From positions 11,936 through 75,935 of the forward strand of contig NZ_CBFHJT010000002.1 of the NCBI RefSeq assembly GCF_965656025.1: a DNA stretch of 64,000 nt, written 5' to 3'. The notes under the pieces were generated by a model. That model searched no databases. It saw only the letters and a list, made by a program, of their open reading frames with translations, and was not told the DNA's origin. Below, piece by piece: positions 20,284-30,722 of this stretch (the first letter of the stretch is position 1; the number at the start of each line of letters is the position of its first letter). Source of the stretch: Polaribacter sp. (GTDB lineage Bacteria; Bacteroidota; Bacteroidia; Flavobacteriales; Flavobacteriaceae). The translations under genes and the position numbers were made by a program.

Positions 20284-23200
20284 ATGCAAAATAAAAATAC
20301 TTTAAAAAAACTGAGCTTTATATGCAGTTTCTTTTTCTTTTTAGCAACAATTCAAAATGGAATTGGCCAACAATTACACCAAGACTGCTCCCCTACTTCT
20401 TCTAAATTTAGCTGGTCTACAAACCCAAGTGGAAACAATCAATTTAATTGGCCTTCTGGTAATTTAACAAACACATTAAATAATGTAGACAATAGCAATG
20501 TAAATGTTTCTTTTACCTTTAGCGGAGATACAGCTAGTTTAAACAGATGGCAAAACTCTAGCTCTACAACAGATTCTCCTGCAATAGGTACAGATGCAAG
20601 TTTTCAAGAAAATTTACAATTTTACACAAGTGGTTTTAACAATCCACAAGGTGTAACAATAACCATTAACTTTAGTGAACCTGTAAACGCAGTTGGTTTC
20701 GATTTATTACACATCAACCTTGGTGGTGCAAGTGGAGATAAATTTACAGTGTCTGCAACAAACACATTAAATAACACCATTTTACCAACATTTACAAATT
20801 CTAACTCTCCATCTTACAATTCTAATGAAACAACGGGTGTGGTAAATGCAATTGCTGGTTCTACAAATAGTAATTCTTGGGTAGGTGTAAATTTTTCTGA
20901 TACTAACAGAGTTTCATCAATAACTATACAATGGCAAGACTGTAATTCTTGTACCACAGGTTTTTTACATGGTGCAGGTATAAGTGGTTTATCTTTTTGT
21001 GCTACAAATACTAATAGTTTAGATACAGATTTAGACACCGTCATAGATGTAATAGATATAGACGATGATAATGATGGTATTTTAGATATAGAAGAACAAA
21101 ATTGCGAAAACTCAAATGCAGGAACAGTAACAAATAACAACTCTTTTCCTGTTGATAATGGTGTACGAAATGAAAACGATATTGCAGACGGTATTAATGG
21201 TCGAGGTGCCGAGTTTAATAATACCAACGACCTTTTAGTGGTTAATTTCGGAAAAGAAATACCTGCAAATACCATTTTAAAAATTCAAACTTTTGCAACA
21301 AATAATGCTAACAAAACAGTTGTTATAGAACAGTCTAATGCCAATGGAAATACAACTTCTAACCCAGTTTCTATCTCCCATAATAATGGTAACAACAATT
21401 CTAAAAACACAGATTATGTGTTAACAGAAAGTACACAATATATTAAAATATCTATGTCTGTACGAAATGGTGGTAGAATTGAGGTAGATTTTATAGAATA
21501 TCAGGCATACAATATTTGTAATGATTTAGATACAGACAATGATGGCACTCCTAATCGTTTAGATTTAGATTCTGATAATGATGGCTGTCCAGACACAAAA
21601 GAATCTAGTGTACCGGCTAATCTAATAGATTTTAATGGAATTTTAAAGTCTATTGTTGATGGTAATTTTGGTAACAATGGATATTTAGATATTTTAGAAA
21701 ATAACGATACAGTAAACGCAACACCAAACTTTACAAACTCGTACAATTTATATGCAATAAATAATAATGTAAATGCTTGTGGAGAGGTAATTATTACGCA
21801 AGTTTATCAATCTGATACTGACAGGTGGATAGAAATAAAAAACATACACCCAACTGCCATCGTTCCAACAAGTACAGTTAGTATAAGTATCTTTTTAAAT
21901 AAATCATCTAGCAACCTAACTAATGTAACGCCTGATGCTAGATTAACTTATACAGGTGTAATAAATCCTGGAGAAGCTTTTTTATTTAAAAATTCGAATT
22001 CAACTATTACAAATGTAAAAAATGGTATTGGTTTAGTTAACAATGCAACTCTAAGTAATTTTAATGGTGGTAACGACTTTATTGTGCTTTCTAAAAATGG
22101 TTCAAACTTAAATTGGGATTTAAGAACCGATGTAGTAACAAATATCCCAAACAATTCTAGTCTTGTAAGATCAGATTTAATTACCCAAGGCAATAGAAAC
22201 TTTACAGATTCTGAATGGATAGTTTTTGTAGATGACAATTTAGATCCTTACAGAGATTTGGCAAATGGTGGTCCAGAAAGACACCCACACTCACCACTGT
22301 TATCAGAAATTAATACTGCAAACACAAATAAAAACACTTTATTAGGAGAGCATATTGTACAACCAACTTATAGAATAGATAATAATTGGTCTAATGGCTT
22401 GCCAGATAGGTCTAGAACTGTCATTTTATCAGAAAATTTTATTACTTCAGAAACTTTAAAAGCAAATACATTAACATTAGAAAATACAGGTAAAATAACG
22501 ATTAATGATGCTCTTTTAGTAGTAAATAAAAACATAAATTTAATAAATTCTGATAATGAAATAAGATTAGCTGGCACTTCTCAACTAATACAAACACATA
22601 CAGAAAACAGTAAAATTACGGGTAATGGAAAATTATTAATAGATAGACAAACCAATGTGGCAAGTATTTATAGATATACCTACATGAGCAGTCCTGTAAA
22701 TACAATTGGTACAAATAATTTTAAAGTAAAAGACATACTTAAAGATGGAACATCCCCCATTTCAAATACATCTCCTATTGTAGATATTAACTTTGTTGAT
22801 GGTTTTAATGGTAGTGCAACATCTCCCATAAGTATAGCAGATTATTGGATTTATACCTACGGAAGTGGAGATGGAACAAGATCTAATTACGTGCAACAAA
22901 AAAGTACTGGTACAATTGCAGAAACGGATGGTTTCTTAATGAAAGGTACAGGTGTTAATCAAAATTATACTTTTGTAGGCACACCAAAAGACGGAAATTT
23001 AATTACAGCGATTGGTGCTAATGAATCTTACTTGGTAGGAAATCCATTTGCATCTGCAATAAACTCTAAAAAGTTTATAGAAGATAATTTAAGTTCAATC
23101 TCTGGAACCTTGTATTTTTGGGAACATGCAGGAGAACAAGATATTGAATCTTCTAACAATTCTGGCCATAATTTTGGAGGTTATATTGGTGGATATGCAA

Positions 23201-24147
23201 CAAGAAATATTTCTATGGGGTTAGCTGCAAACCAAGTGTCTACTAACAATAAACCAAACTCGCCAACAATAGGCGAAGGTAGTTATAAAGCACCAAAGCA
23301 GTATATTGCTGTAGGACAAGGTTTTTTTGTGGGTGGCAGTAATACTGGTGGAAACATTACTTTTAATAATAGCCAAAGAGAATATATATTAGAAGGCGAT
23401 GAATCTGTGTTTTTTAAATCAAAAACAAAAAAACTAACCAGTGCAAAAAGTAACACCTTACCAATTATAAAATTAGGTATGGATTATTTAGATGATAATC
23501 AGAAAACTTTACACAGGCAAATTGGTATTTCATTTAATAGTAATAATACTTTTAAAAAAGATATTGGTTATGATAGCGAACTTTTTGATTTAAACGATAC
23601 AGATATGTATTGGCAATTTCCAGAAGATGAGGCAAAATATGCAATTGCAGGTGTGCAACAGATTACACCTGAGCTTAAAATACCATTAACTATAGAAATT
23701 AATTACGATGGTAATATTACCCTTTTAATTGATGAAACTAATATTGACAACGATAACATTTATTTATATGACAGTTTAAAAGAGGAATATTATCAACTTT
23801 TAGGTAATAAAATTGAATTAAACTTAATAAAAGGAAGTTATAAAGAAAGGTTTTTCATGACATTTTCAGAAGAAAAATCACTAAGTATTACTGATAATAT
23901 CATAAATGATGCTACTATTTATTACGATACAAATAATGAAGAAGTAACTATCCGTTTAAAAAATAACGCAATATTTAAAACTGTAAACATATATACTTTA
24001 TTGGGGCAAGAAATAAAAAACTGGAGTGCTAACAAAAAGGACATCTACAAAACAAACATCTCTTTAGGAACAAGGTCTAAAGGAGTTTATATTGTAAAAG
24101 TTGCAACAAACAAAGGTACTATTTCTAAAAAAATATTAATTAATTAG
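20284..24147 (+). CDS. Giant T9SS type-A cargo protein 2 (paralog)
   Basis: Signal peptide, beta-rich N-terminal domains, DxDxDG repeats, shared core ([28 protein letters not shown]), CTD KGVYIVKV..KKILIN. Confidence 0.85.
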   Translation: MQNKNTLKKLSFICSFFFFLATIQNGIGQQLHQDCSPTSSKFSWSTNPSGNNQFNWPSGNLTNTLNNVDNSNVNVSFTFSGDTASLNRWQNSSSTTDSPAIGTDASFQENLQFYTSGFNNPQGVTITINFSEPVNAVGFDLLHINLGGASGDKFTVSATNTLNNTILPTFTNSNSPSYNSNETTGVVNAIAGSTNSNSWVGVNFSDTNRVSSITIQWQDCNSCTTGFLHGAGISGLSFCATNTNSLDTDLDTVIDVIDIDDDNDGILDIEEQNCENSNAGTVTNNNSFPVDNGVRNENDIADGINGRGAEFNNTNDLLVVNFGKEIPANTILKIQTFATNNANKTVVIEQSNANGNTTSNPVSISHNNGNNNSKNTDYVLTESTQYIKISMSVRNGGRIEVDFIEYQAYNICNDLDTDNDGTPNRLDLDSDNDGCPDTKESSVPANLIDFNGILKSIVDGNFGNNGYLDILENNDTVNATPNFTNSYNLYAINNNVNACGEVIITQVYQSDTDRWIEIKNIHPTAIVPTSTVSISIFLNKSSSNLTNVTPDARLTYTGVINPGEAFLFKNSNSTITNVKNGIGLVNNATLSNFNGGNDFIVLSKNGSNLNWDLRTDVVTNIPNNSSLVRSDLITQGNRNFTDSEWIVFVDDNLDPYRDLANGGPERHPHSPLLSEINTANTNKNTLLGEHIVQPTYRIDNNWSNGLPDRSRTVILSENFITSETLKANTLTLENTGKITINDALLVVNKNINLINSDNEIRLAGTSQLIQTHTENSKITGNGKLLIDRQTNVASIYRYTYMSSPVNTIGTNNFKVKDILKDGTSPISNTSPIVDINFVDGFNGSATSPISIADYWIYTYGSGDGTRSNYVQQKSTGTIAETDGFLMKGTGVNQNYTFVGTPKDGNLITAIGANESYLVGNPFASAINSKKFIEDNLSSISGTLYFWEHAGEQDIESSNNSGHNFGGYIGGYATRNISMGLAANQVSTNNKPNSPTIGEGSYKAPKQYIAVGQGFFVGGSNTGGNITFNNSQREYILEGDESVFFKSKTKKLTSAKSNTLPIIKLGMDYLDDNQKTLHRQIGISFNSNNTFKKDIGYDSELFDLNDTDMYWQFPEDEAKYAIAGVQQITPELKIPLTIEINYDGNITLLIDETNIDNDNIYLYDSLKEEYYQLLGNKIELNLIKGSYKERFFMTFSEEKSLSITDNIINDATIYYDTNNEEVTIRLKNNAIFKTVNIYTLLGQEIKNWSANKKDIYKTNISLGTRSKGVYIVKVATNKGTISKKILIN

Positions 24148-24169
24148 TATTTTACAAAGCTTTGGAGTC

Positions 24170-24198
24170 AAGAGAGTCTATTTTTAAGACTCTCTTTT
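24170..24198 (+). terminator. Terminator after T9SS gene 2
   Basis: aagagagtct..agactctctttt; homologous to the gene 1 terminator. Confidence 0.75.
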
Positions 24199-24424
24199 GC
24201 TTGTTTTTAAAGTAAAAAATAAAAAACATATTATGCTAAATAACGTAAGAATAAGTAAATTAAAGTAATAATAGTTTATAAATTTGAATAAAAGAGCTTA
24301 ATTTAAACCAAGAGAGTAGCTCTTTAAAGCGATATAAAAACAAAATAATTTTAACCTAATTTTAAATTAAATTATTCAAAAAACAATCTAAAAATCAGTA
24401 AATTAGCATAAAAAACAAATTGAT

Positions 24425-27400
24425 TTGAAAAGTATAGTATTTTTTCTAAAGCTCTTTATTTGCTTAAATTTTAATAACTTAAAAGCACAGTCTTATTGTA
24501 CCCCAATAAATATCAATAATAATAATAATTTTAATATTTCTAATATAAAATTCGCTGATATTAATAACGACAGTGATAATTCTGCAAATAAATATACCTA
24601 CTACAATAATGTAACTACAGATGTTATAAAAGGAAACTCTTACTCCAGCTCTATTACTTTTGAAATGAGTAATTACAATGAAGCAACTGTAAAAGTTTGG
24701 ATAGACTTTAATAACGATGGTACATTTACAACGAGTGAACAAGTACATACATATACAGGTTCTGATGCTTCAAGTCGAAATGGTATAACAGAAAATTTTC
24801 AAATAACAATACCAAACGATGTAAACGTTATAGCAACCAGTACTAGAATGAGAGTTGCTATTAGAAGAGGTGCTACTATAAATCCATGTGATTTAGAATT
24901 TCAAGTTGGTGAAGTAGAAGATTATAACATTAACATAAAACCATCTCCGCAACCACCAACAGCAAATTGTATTGGTAGCTTAGATGTAACGTTAGATTCA
25001 GGAGGTAATGCTTATATAACTGTAAATGATATTAATAATAATTCTACAGATGATTATGATGATCCAGCAGATTTAGTTTTATCATTAGACAAATATGCTT
25101 TTGATTGTAATGATATTAGCTCACCACAAACTGTAACCCTAACTGTAACAGATTCTGATGGCTTAACAAACTCTTGTACTACAACAGTAAATGTTTCTGC
25201 TTATAATGGCGCTTTTACTGCACCAACATTACCAACTATTACAGAATTTTGTTCTTATGATGTTGAAACGCCTATTATGAACTATCAATGTGGTTTACAA
25301 ATAGTTGGCACAACAACAGATAATACAACATTAACAACAGCAGGTACTTATCAAATTACTTGGACATTTGACAATGGTTCAACAACAGAGAGTAGTGTTC
25401 AAACAATTAATATTTTAGCCCCAAGTGTTCTAACAAATGTCACAGTTTCTAATATTGATGAAACTTCTGCAAAAATTTCTTGGAACTCTTCAGGTACTGG
25501 GCCTTATATAATTAGATATCGTTTAAACAACACTTCAGATGCATGGACAGAAACAACCTCAACTATAGAAAATAAAACTATAAATGGTTTAGATGATGGA
25601 TTGGAGTATGAAGTACAAATAAAAACAAATGCAGACTGTGCATCTTACACAACCTCAACAGTTTTTACAACCACAAATGTGCAGTATTGTGAAACAAACG
25701 TAAATATAAATAAAAGTAATAATTATTATATATCTAATGTAGATATCGGTAACATTAACAATTCTACTCCTGCAAATGATAATGTTTATAGATATTTTTC
25801 ATCACTTTCTACCAATGTAGTTGCAGGAGAAACATTTTCTGGAACAATAACATATTCTAGGCAAAGAAATAATACAACTGCTTTAGTAGTTTGGATAGAT
25901 TTTAATAATGATGGAGATTTTGAAGATGCTGGCGAAGAAATTTTGAATATTTTAAATGCTGGAAATAACAATACAGTATTTAATATTCCTCTTACAAATA
26001 TTTTAGTTCCTGAAACAGCTACTTTAGGAAAAACAAGATTAAGAGTTGGTCTAAAACAAAATGCTTCACCAACTTCTTCTTGTAATTTCGATTTTCAAAA
26101 TGGAGAAATTGAAGATTACACAATATTTATAAGAGAACCAGATAATACTGTTTTTGAATCTGCATTAATAACACAACTATATCATTATAATTTGGCTGAC
26201 AGATGGATTGAGATTACCAATGTCAACGAAACTGAAACAATACCAGCCAATACTGTAGCTTTAGCTTTATATAAGGATTCGTCTGGGGATCAAACAAATG
26301 TGGTGCCAACAGCTTCATTTTTAATTGAATCTGAAGTTTTGCCAGGTGAATCTATTCTTATAAAAAAACCAACTTCTACCCTTGCAAGTGTTTTTGGAAC
26401 AGTTATCGAAAATACTGCTATTACAGATTTTGATGGAGGGGATGATATTTTAATTGTAACCAAAAAAACAGATTTTAATGCTTGGAAAAACAGATTTGAT
26501 GTTGTAAAAAACATTAGTAATAATACTTCTTTAGTGAGAAATGATTTAATTACATCATTTAACTCAACTTACGATAGTACTGAATGGATTTCATTTATTG
26601 ATGATAATTTATCTACACAAACAAACCCACCTCAAAGACACCCTCATGCCCCATTAATTTCTGAAGTTATAGATGGCAATAATAACTCTAATATCAGATT
26701 AGGCTTACATAATTTTGGTAATACAACTTGGGAAAGCAATGCTTGGTCTAATGGATACCCAGACAGGTCTAGAACTGTTAATATAAATCAAGACTTAAGT
26801 CAATTTAGTATTTTTAATGCAAATAATTTAGAAATAAATAATTCATCTAAATTATTAATAACTAATAATTTATTAGTTATAACAAATAATATACTTATAA
26901 ATTCTAGTGCTCAAATAAGGCTTGCAGGTACTTCACAACTTATTCAAACACATACAGAAGCAAAAAAAATTTCGGGCTCAGGTAAACTTTTTGTAGACCA
27001 AAACTCAACTGTGAATAGTAAGTATAGATATAATTATTTTTCTTCACCAGTTTCTAATACAGGTTTAAACTATTATTCTTTAGAAAATGTTTTAAAAGAC
27101 GGCACAACACCAACATCTTTAACATCAACTCCAAAAAATATTGATTTTATTAGTGGTTTTGATGGCAATTTTAATAACTCTCCTGCTGGACCAATTCAAA
27201 TTGCTGAATATTGGATTTATACATACGATTTTAATGGATCTAACTATGGTTACATTCAAAAATTCAAATCTGGTTCTATACAACCTGGTAAAGGCTTTTT
27301 AATGAAAGGCCCAGGAAGACCACAAAATTATACTTTTATAGGTACACCAAATGATGGCGAATATAGTTATAATTTATCTAAAGGTAATATATCTGTTTTA

Positions 27401-28840
27401 GTAGGTAACCCTTATCCTTCTGCCATAAATTCAAAGAAATTTATTGAAGATAATTTAGATGCAATAACTGGAACCTTATACTTTTGGGAACATAGTGGCG
27501 AAAAAAATTCTGAAGGTACACAAGGTCATAATACATCTAGTTATATAGGTGGTTATGCAACTAGAAATATTTCTATGGGTACTTCTGCAAGTGCTGTTAG
27601 CAGTAACAATTCTGCTCAAACTATTTACCAATATACATTAGAAGCAGAAAGTGGATTTCTTGGTGGAAATGCAACTAAAATAAAAGCAACAAACAGTGTT
27701 TTACTTTCTAGTACCATTGATACCTTAACATTTAAAAATGTTAATTTAAATAAAAGTGTAGATAGTTTAAAATTAGTTTACAAAGCTCAAAACGCATCAA
27801 GTATAGATTTAATTATTAACCAACAAATTATAAAAACTGCTCAACTAGATGCTTCAGAAGAATTTATAAGCTTAAATATACCAATAGTAGTAAACACAAA
27901 TGATACTTTAAGTATTAAATTAAAAGAAAATTCACCAATTTATATAGATAAAATTGAGTTTAATTATACATTTTCATATACAGAACCAAAACAATACATC
28001 CCAATTGGGCAAGGTTTTTTTATATCTACAGATAGCGATGGTGGTACTGTTTCTTTTAATAATTCTCAAAGAGAATATGTTGTTGAAGGTGACAATTCTG
28101 TATTATTAAAAAGTGATAAAAGAAATAAAAGGAAAACATCTAAAAATTTAGAAATTGAAATTTTAAAACTAGGGTTCAATTATATAAATGAAAATAGTTT
28201 AGGAATGCATAGGCAAATTGGAGCTTCCTTTAGCGCTAATAATTCTTTTGATTTTGATAAAGGTTATGATAGTGAAATGTTTGATATTGGAAAAACAGAT
28301 ATTTACTGGAAATTTGACAATGATGATCGTAAATATGTAATTTGTGGAGTTCAAGAAATTACTGATGAGCTTCAAGTACCTTTAGAATTACTTATAGCTA
28401 AAGCAGGTGAAGTTTCAATAGAAATTGATGAATGGAAAACAGAGAACAAAAATGTCTATTTATTTGATAAAGTTGAAGATGTTTTTTACCTATTAAATTC
28501 TGAAAAAGCTAATTTAGATTTAGAAAAAGGATTGTATGAAAATCGTTTTTACATAACTTTTAATAACAGTAAAATATTAAATACAAAAGATATTGTCTCT
28601 GAAGATATACATATTTTTTTAAATAGGAATCAAAAAATAATAAATATAAATTCTGATAATAATATTTTAATTAAAGAAGCCAATTTATATAATATTTTAG
28701 GTCAAAAGATAAATTCATGGGATTTTGCAAAAAAGACTTACAAAACTATTTTAGATGTAAAAAATATAAAACCTTCTATATACATATTACAATTAAAAAC
28801 AAACAAGGGTACTATTTCTAAAAAAATATTAATTAATTAA
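24425..28840 (+). CDS. Giant T9SS type-A cargo protein 3 (two GEVED, HYR-like, Fn3, LTD-like, CBM-like insert)
   Basis: Two VWIDFNNDG.F...TR.RV..GE(V/I)EDY modules; Fn3 AKISW..GL..GLEYEVQI; shared core; CTD; TTG start is uncertain. Confidence 0.85.
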   Translation: MKSIVFFLKLFICLNFNNLKAQSYCTPININNNNNFNISNIKFADINNDSDNSANKYTYYNNVTTDVIKGNSYSSSITFEMSNYNEATVKVWIDFNNDGTFTTSEQVHTYTGSDASSRNGITENFQITIPNDVNVIATSTRMRVAIRRGATINPCDLEFQVGEVEDYNINIKPSPQPPTANCIGSLDVTLDSGGNAYITVNDINNNSTDDYDDPADLVLSLDKYAFDCNDISSPQTVTLTVTDSDGLTNSCTTTVNVSAYNGAFTAPTLPTITEFCSYDVETPIMNYQCGLQIVGTTTDNTTLTTAGTYQITWTFDNGSTTESSVQTINILAPSVLTNVTVSNIDETSAKISWNSSGTGPYIIRYRLNNTSDAWTETTSTIENKTINGLDDGLEYEVQIKTNADCASYTTSTVFTTTNVQYCETNVNINKSNNYYISNVDIGNINNSTPANDNVYRYFSSLSTNVVAGETFSGTITYSRQRNNTTALVVWIDFNNDGDFEDAGEEILNILNAGNNNTVFNIPLTNILVPETATLGKTRLRVGLKQNASPTSSCNFDFQNGEIEDYTIFIREPDNTVFESALITQLYHYNLADRWIEITNVNETETIPANTVALALYKDSSGDQTNVVPTASFLIESEVLPGESILIKKPTSTLASVFGTVIENTAITDFDGGDDILIVTKKTDFNAWKNRFDVVKNISNNTSLVRNDLITSFNSTYDSTEWISFIDDNLSTQTNPPQRHPHAPLISEVIDGNNNSNIRLGLHNFGNTTWESNAWSNGYPDRSRTVNINQDLSQFSIFNANNLEINNSSKLLITNNLLVITNNILINSSAQIRLAGTSQLIQTHTEAKKISGSGKLFVDQNSTVNSKYRYNYFSSPVSNTGLNYYSLENVLKDGTTPTSLTSTPKNIDFISGFDGNFNNSPAGPIQIAEYWIYTYDFNGSNYGYIQKFKSGSIQPGKGFLMKGPGRPQNYTFIGTPNDGEYSYNLSKGNISVLVGNPYPSAINSKKFIEDNLDAITGTLYFWEHSGEKNSEGTQGHNTSSYIGGYATRNISMGTSASAVSSNNSAQTIYQYTLEAESGFLGGNATKIKATNSVLLSSTIDTLTFKNVNLNKSVDSLKLVYKAQNASSIDLIINQQIIKTAQLDASEEFISLNIPIVVNTNDTLSIKLKENSPIYIDKIEFNYTFSYTEPKQYIPIGQGFFISTDSDGGTVSFNNSQREYVVEGDNSVLLKSDKRNKRKTSKNLEIEILKLGFNYINENSLGMHRQIGASFSANNSFDFDKGYDSEMFDIGKTDIYWKFDNDDRKYVICGVQEITDELQVPLELLIAKAGEVSIEIDEWKTENKNVYLFDKVEDVFYLLNSEKANLDLEKGLYENRFYITFNNSKILNTKDIVSEDIHIFLNRNQKIININSDNNILIKEANLYNILGQKINSWDFAKKTYKTILDVKNIKPSIYILQLKTNKGTISKKILIN

Positions 28841-28949
28841 TTATTTTTTTTTAAAACCGTAAAACAAAAAACTACGTAAGTATTTATGAACTAAAGGAAG
28901 ATTAGTTTGTGATTTGAAATAAGTTGGTTGATTGAAAAAGAGTTGCTTT

Positions 28950-30086
28950 CTACGAGAGCAGCTCTTTTAACTTTAAAATAGTATAATCTAAATCTTCTTT
29001 AGTGGTAAACTTAGAAAACGAAAAACGGATAGACGTTTTATCTTCCTCTCCATCAAATAATATTTCAGATAAAACATGAGAGCCTTTATTGCTTCCACTT
29101 TGACAGGCACTACCACCAGAAACAGCAATACCAGCCATATCTAAACTAAAAAGTAACATTTGATTTTTTATTGGAAAACGAATGTTTAAAATAGTACAGC
29201 TACTTCTGTCTAAATTAGAAGACAAACCATTAAACTGTAATTTATTAGATATTTTTTTTAGTTCAGCAATAAAATATTTTTTTAGATTTTCTATATAGTT
29301 TTTATCAGTTTGCAAATTGATTGTTGCAATTTCTAGAGCTTTTTCCATACCTAAAATGGCATGTACATTTTCCGTGCTAGATCTTGCTCCTCTTTCTTGA
29401 TCTCCACCATGTAGCATGGGTAAAATACCAAAACCTTTTCTAAAAAAAGCAAAACCTACACCTTTTGGCCCATGAAATTTATGTGCGCTAGCCACCATAA
29501 AATCTAATGCAATATCTTGTAAATTTATGTTGTAATGTCCAATAGCTTGTACAGTATCAGAATGAAACAAAGCAGTATGTTGTTTACATAATTTGCTTAC
29601 TTTTTCTAAAGATAACAAGTTTCCAATTTCATTGTTAATCATCATTAAACTAACCAACGTTTTTTGTTCGGAGTTTTTTAAAAGATTTTCTAAATGATTT
29701 AAAGCTATGGCTCCTGACTCATCAACCTCTACAAAATCTAATCCAATATTGTAAGTTTCTTGCAAATAATTACATGTGTGTAATACTGCATGATGTTCTA
29801 TTTTAGAAGTAATAATTCTTTGAACTCCTAAATTTAAAACAGCATTATTTAAAATTAAATTATCGGCTTCTGTACCACTAGAAGTAAAAATAATTTCTTG
29901 GGCAGTTACATTAAAAAAGTTGGCAATATTTTTTCTAGCAGTTTCTACAGCAGATTTTGCTTTTCTACCAAATTGATGTGTAGATGATGGATTGCCATAA
30001 TTTTCCGCCATAGATTTTTGCATAGTTGCAATAACCTCTGCATCTATTTGTGTGGTTGCAGCATTGTCTAAATACACAGTTTTCAT
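28950..30086 (-). CDS. Cysteine desulfurase (IscS/NifS family)
   Basis: YLDNAATT, GNPSS.H, SAHKFHGPKG, GSACQSG. Confidence 0.93.
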   Translation of the reverse strand: MKTVYLDNAATTQIDAEVIATMQKSMAENYGNPSSTHQFGRKAKSAVETARKNIANFFNVTAQEIIFTSSGTEADNLILNNAVLNLGVQRIITSKIEHHAVLHTCNYLQETYNIGLDFVEVDESGAIALNHLENLLKNSEQKTLVSLMMINNEIGNLLSLEKVSKLCKQHTALFHSDTVQAIGHYNINLQDIALDFMVASAHKFHGPKGVGFAFFRKGFGILPMLHGGDQERGARSSTENVHAILGMEKALEIATINLQTDKNYIENLKKYFIAELKKISNKLQFNGLSSNLDRSSCTILNIRFPIKNQMLLFSLDMAGIAVSGGSACQSGSNKGSHVLSEILFDGEEDKTSIRFSFSKFTTKEDLDYTILKLKELLS

Positions 30087-30109
30087 AGTGCAAAAATACG
30101 TTTTCTATT

Positions 30110-30658
30110 TTACTCTTTTATATTTTGATATACATAAACCTCAGTAGCACCCAAACCATATTTTTTATAGGAAGCATCATAATATTTAACGGGATATTTA
30201 TGTAACAAATTTTGGAGTTCTGTTTTTAAAACTCCCTCTCCTACTCCATGTATAAATACAATTTTAGAAATTCTTTTTTGAATGGCATATTCTACTTTTC
30301 TTTTTGCTGTATCTAATTGTAGGTTTAACATATCGTAATTATCTAAACCTTTTACAGATTTTACTAATTGATTGATATGCAAATCTACCTCTAAAATAAT
30401 TTCGTGTTTTTGTTTTTTAAAGAAACTCTCTTTGGGTTTATTCGCACTAATTTTTTCTTTTAAAAGCGCATTATTTATGTCAGAATATTTAGATAATTCG
30501 TGCTGTTCTTTATCTATTTTAACCAACTCTTTTTCATCAAAATTAAAAACCATACCATCTGTAGTTTCTACAGAAATAACATTTTTATTTATGTTGATGA
30601 TTTTACCTTTTAAAACATCATCTAAAACAGCTACTTTGTTACCAATTTCTAAACGCAT
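30110..30658 (-). CDS. Smr/MutS2 C-terminal domain protein
   Basis: EVDLHI, IVFIHGVGEGVLK, YGLGAT. Confidence 0.88.
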   Translation of the reverse strand: MRLEIGNKVAVLDDVLKGKIININKNVISVETTDGMVFNFDEKELVKIDKEQHELSKYSDINNALLKEKISANKPKESFFKKQKHEIILEVDLHINQLVKSVKGLDNYDMLNLQLDTAKRKVEYAIQKRISKIVFIHGVGEGVLKTELQNLLHKYPVKYYDASYKKYGLGATEVYVYQNIKE

Positions 30659-30722
30659 TCTTAACCTTATTTTAATTTAAAACACTAAATAACAGCTTAA
30701 TTTTGCTACAAAAATACACAGT

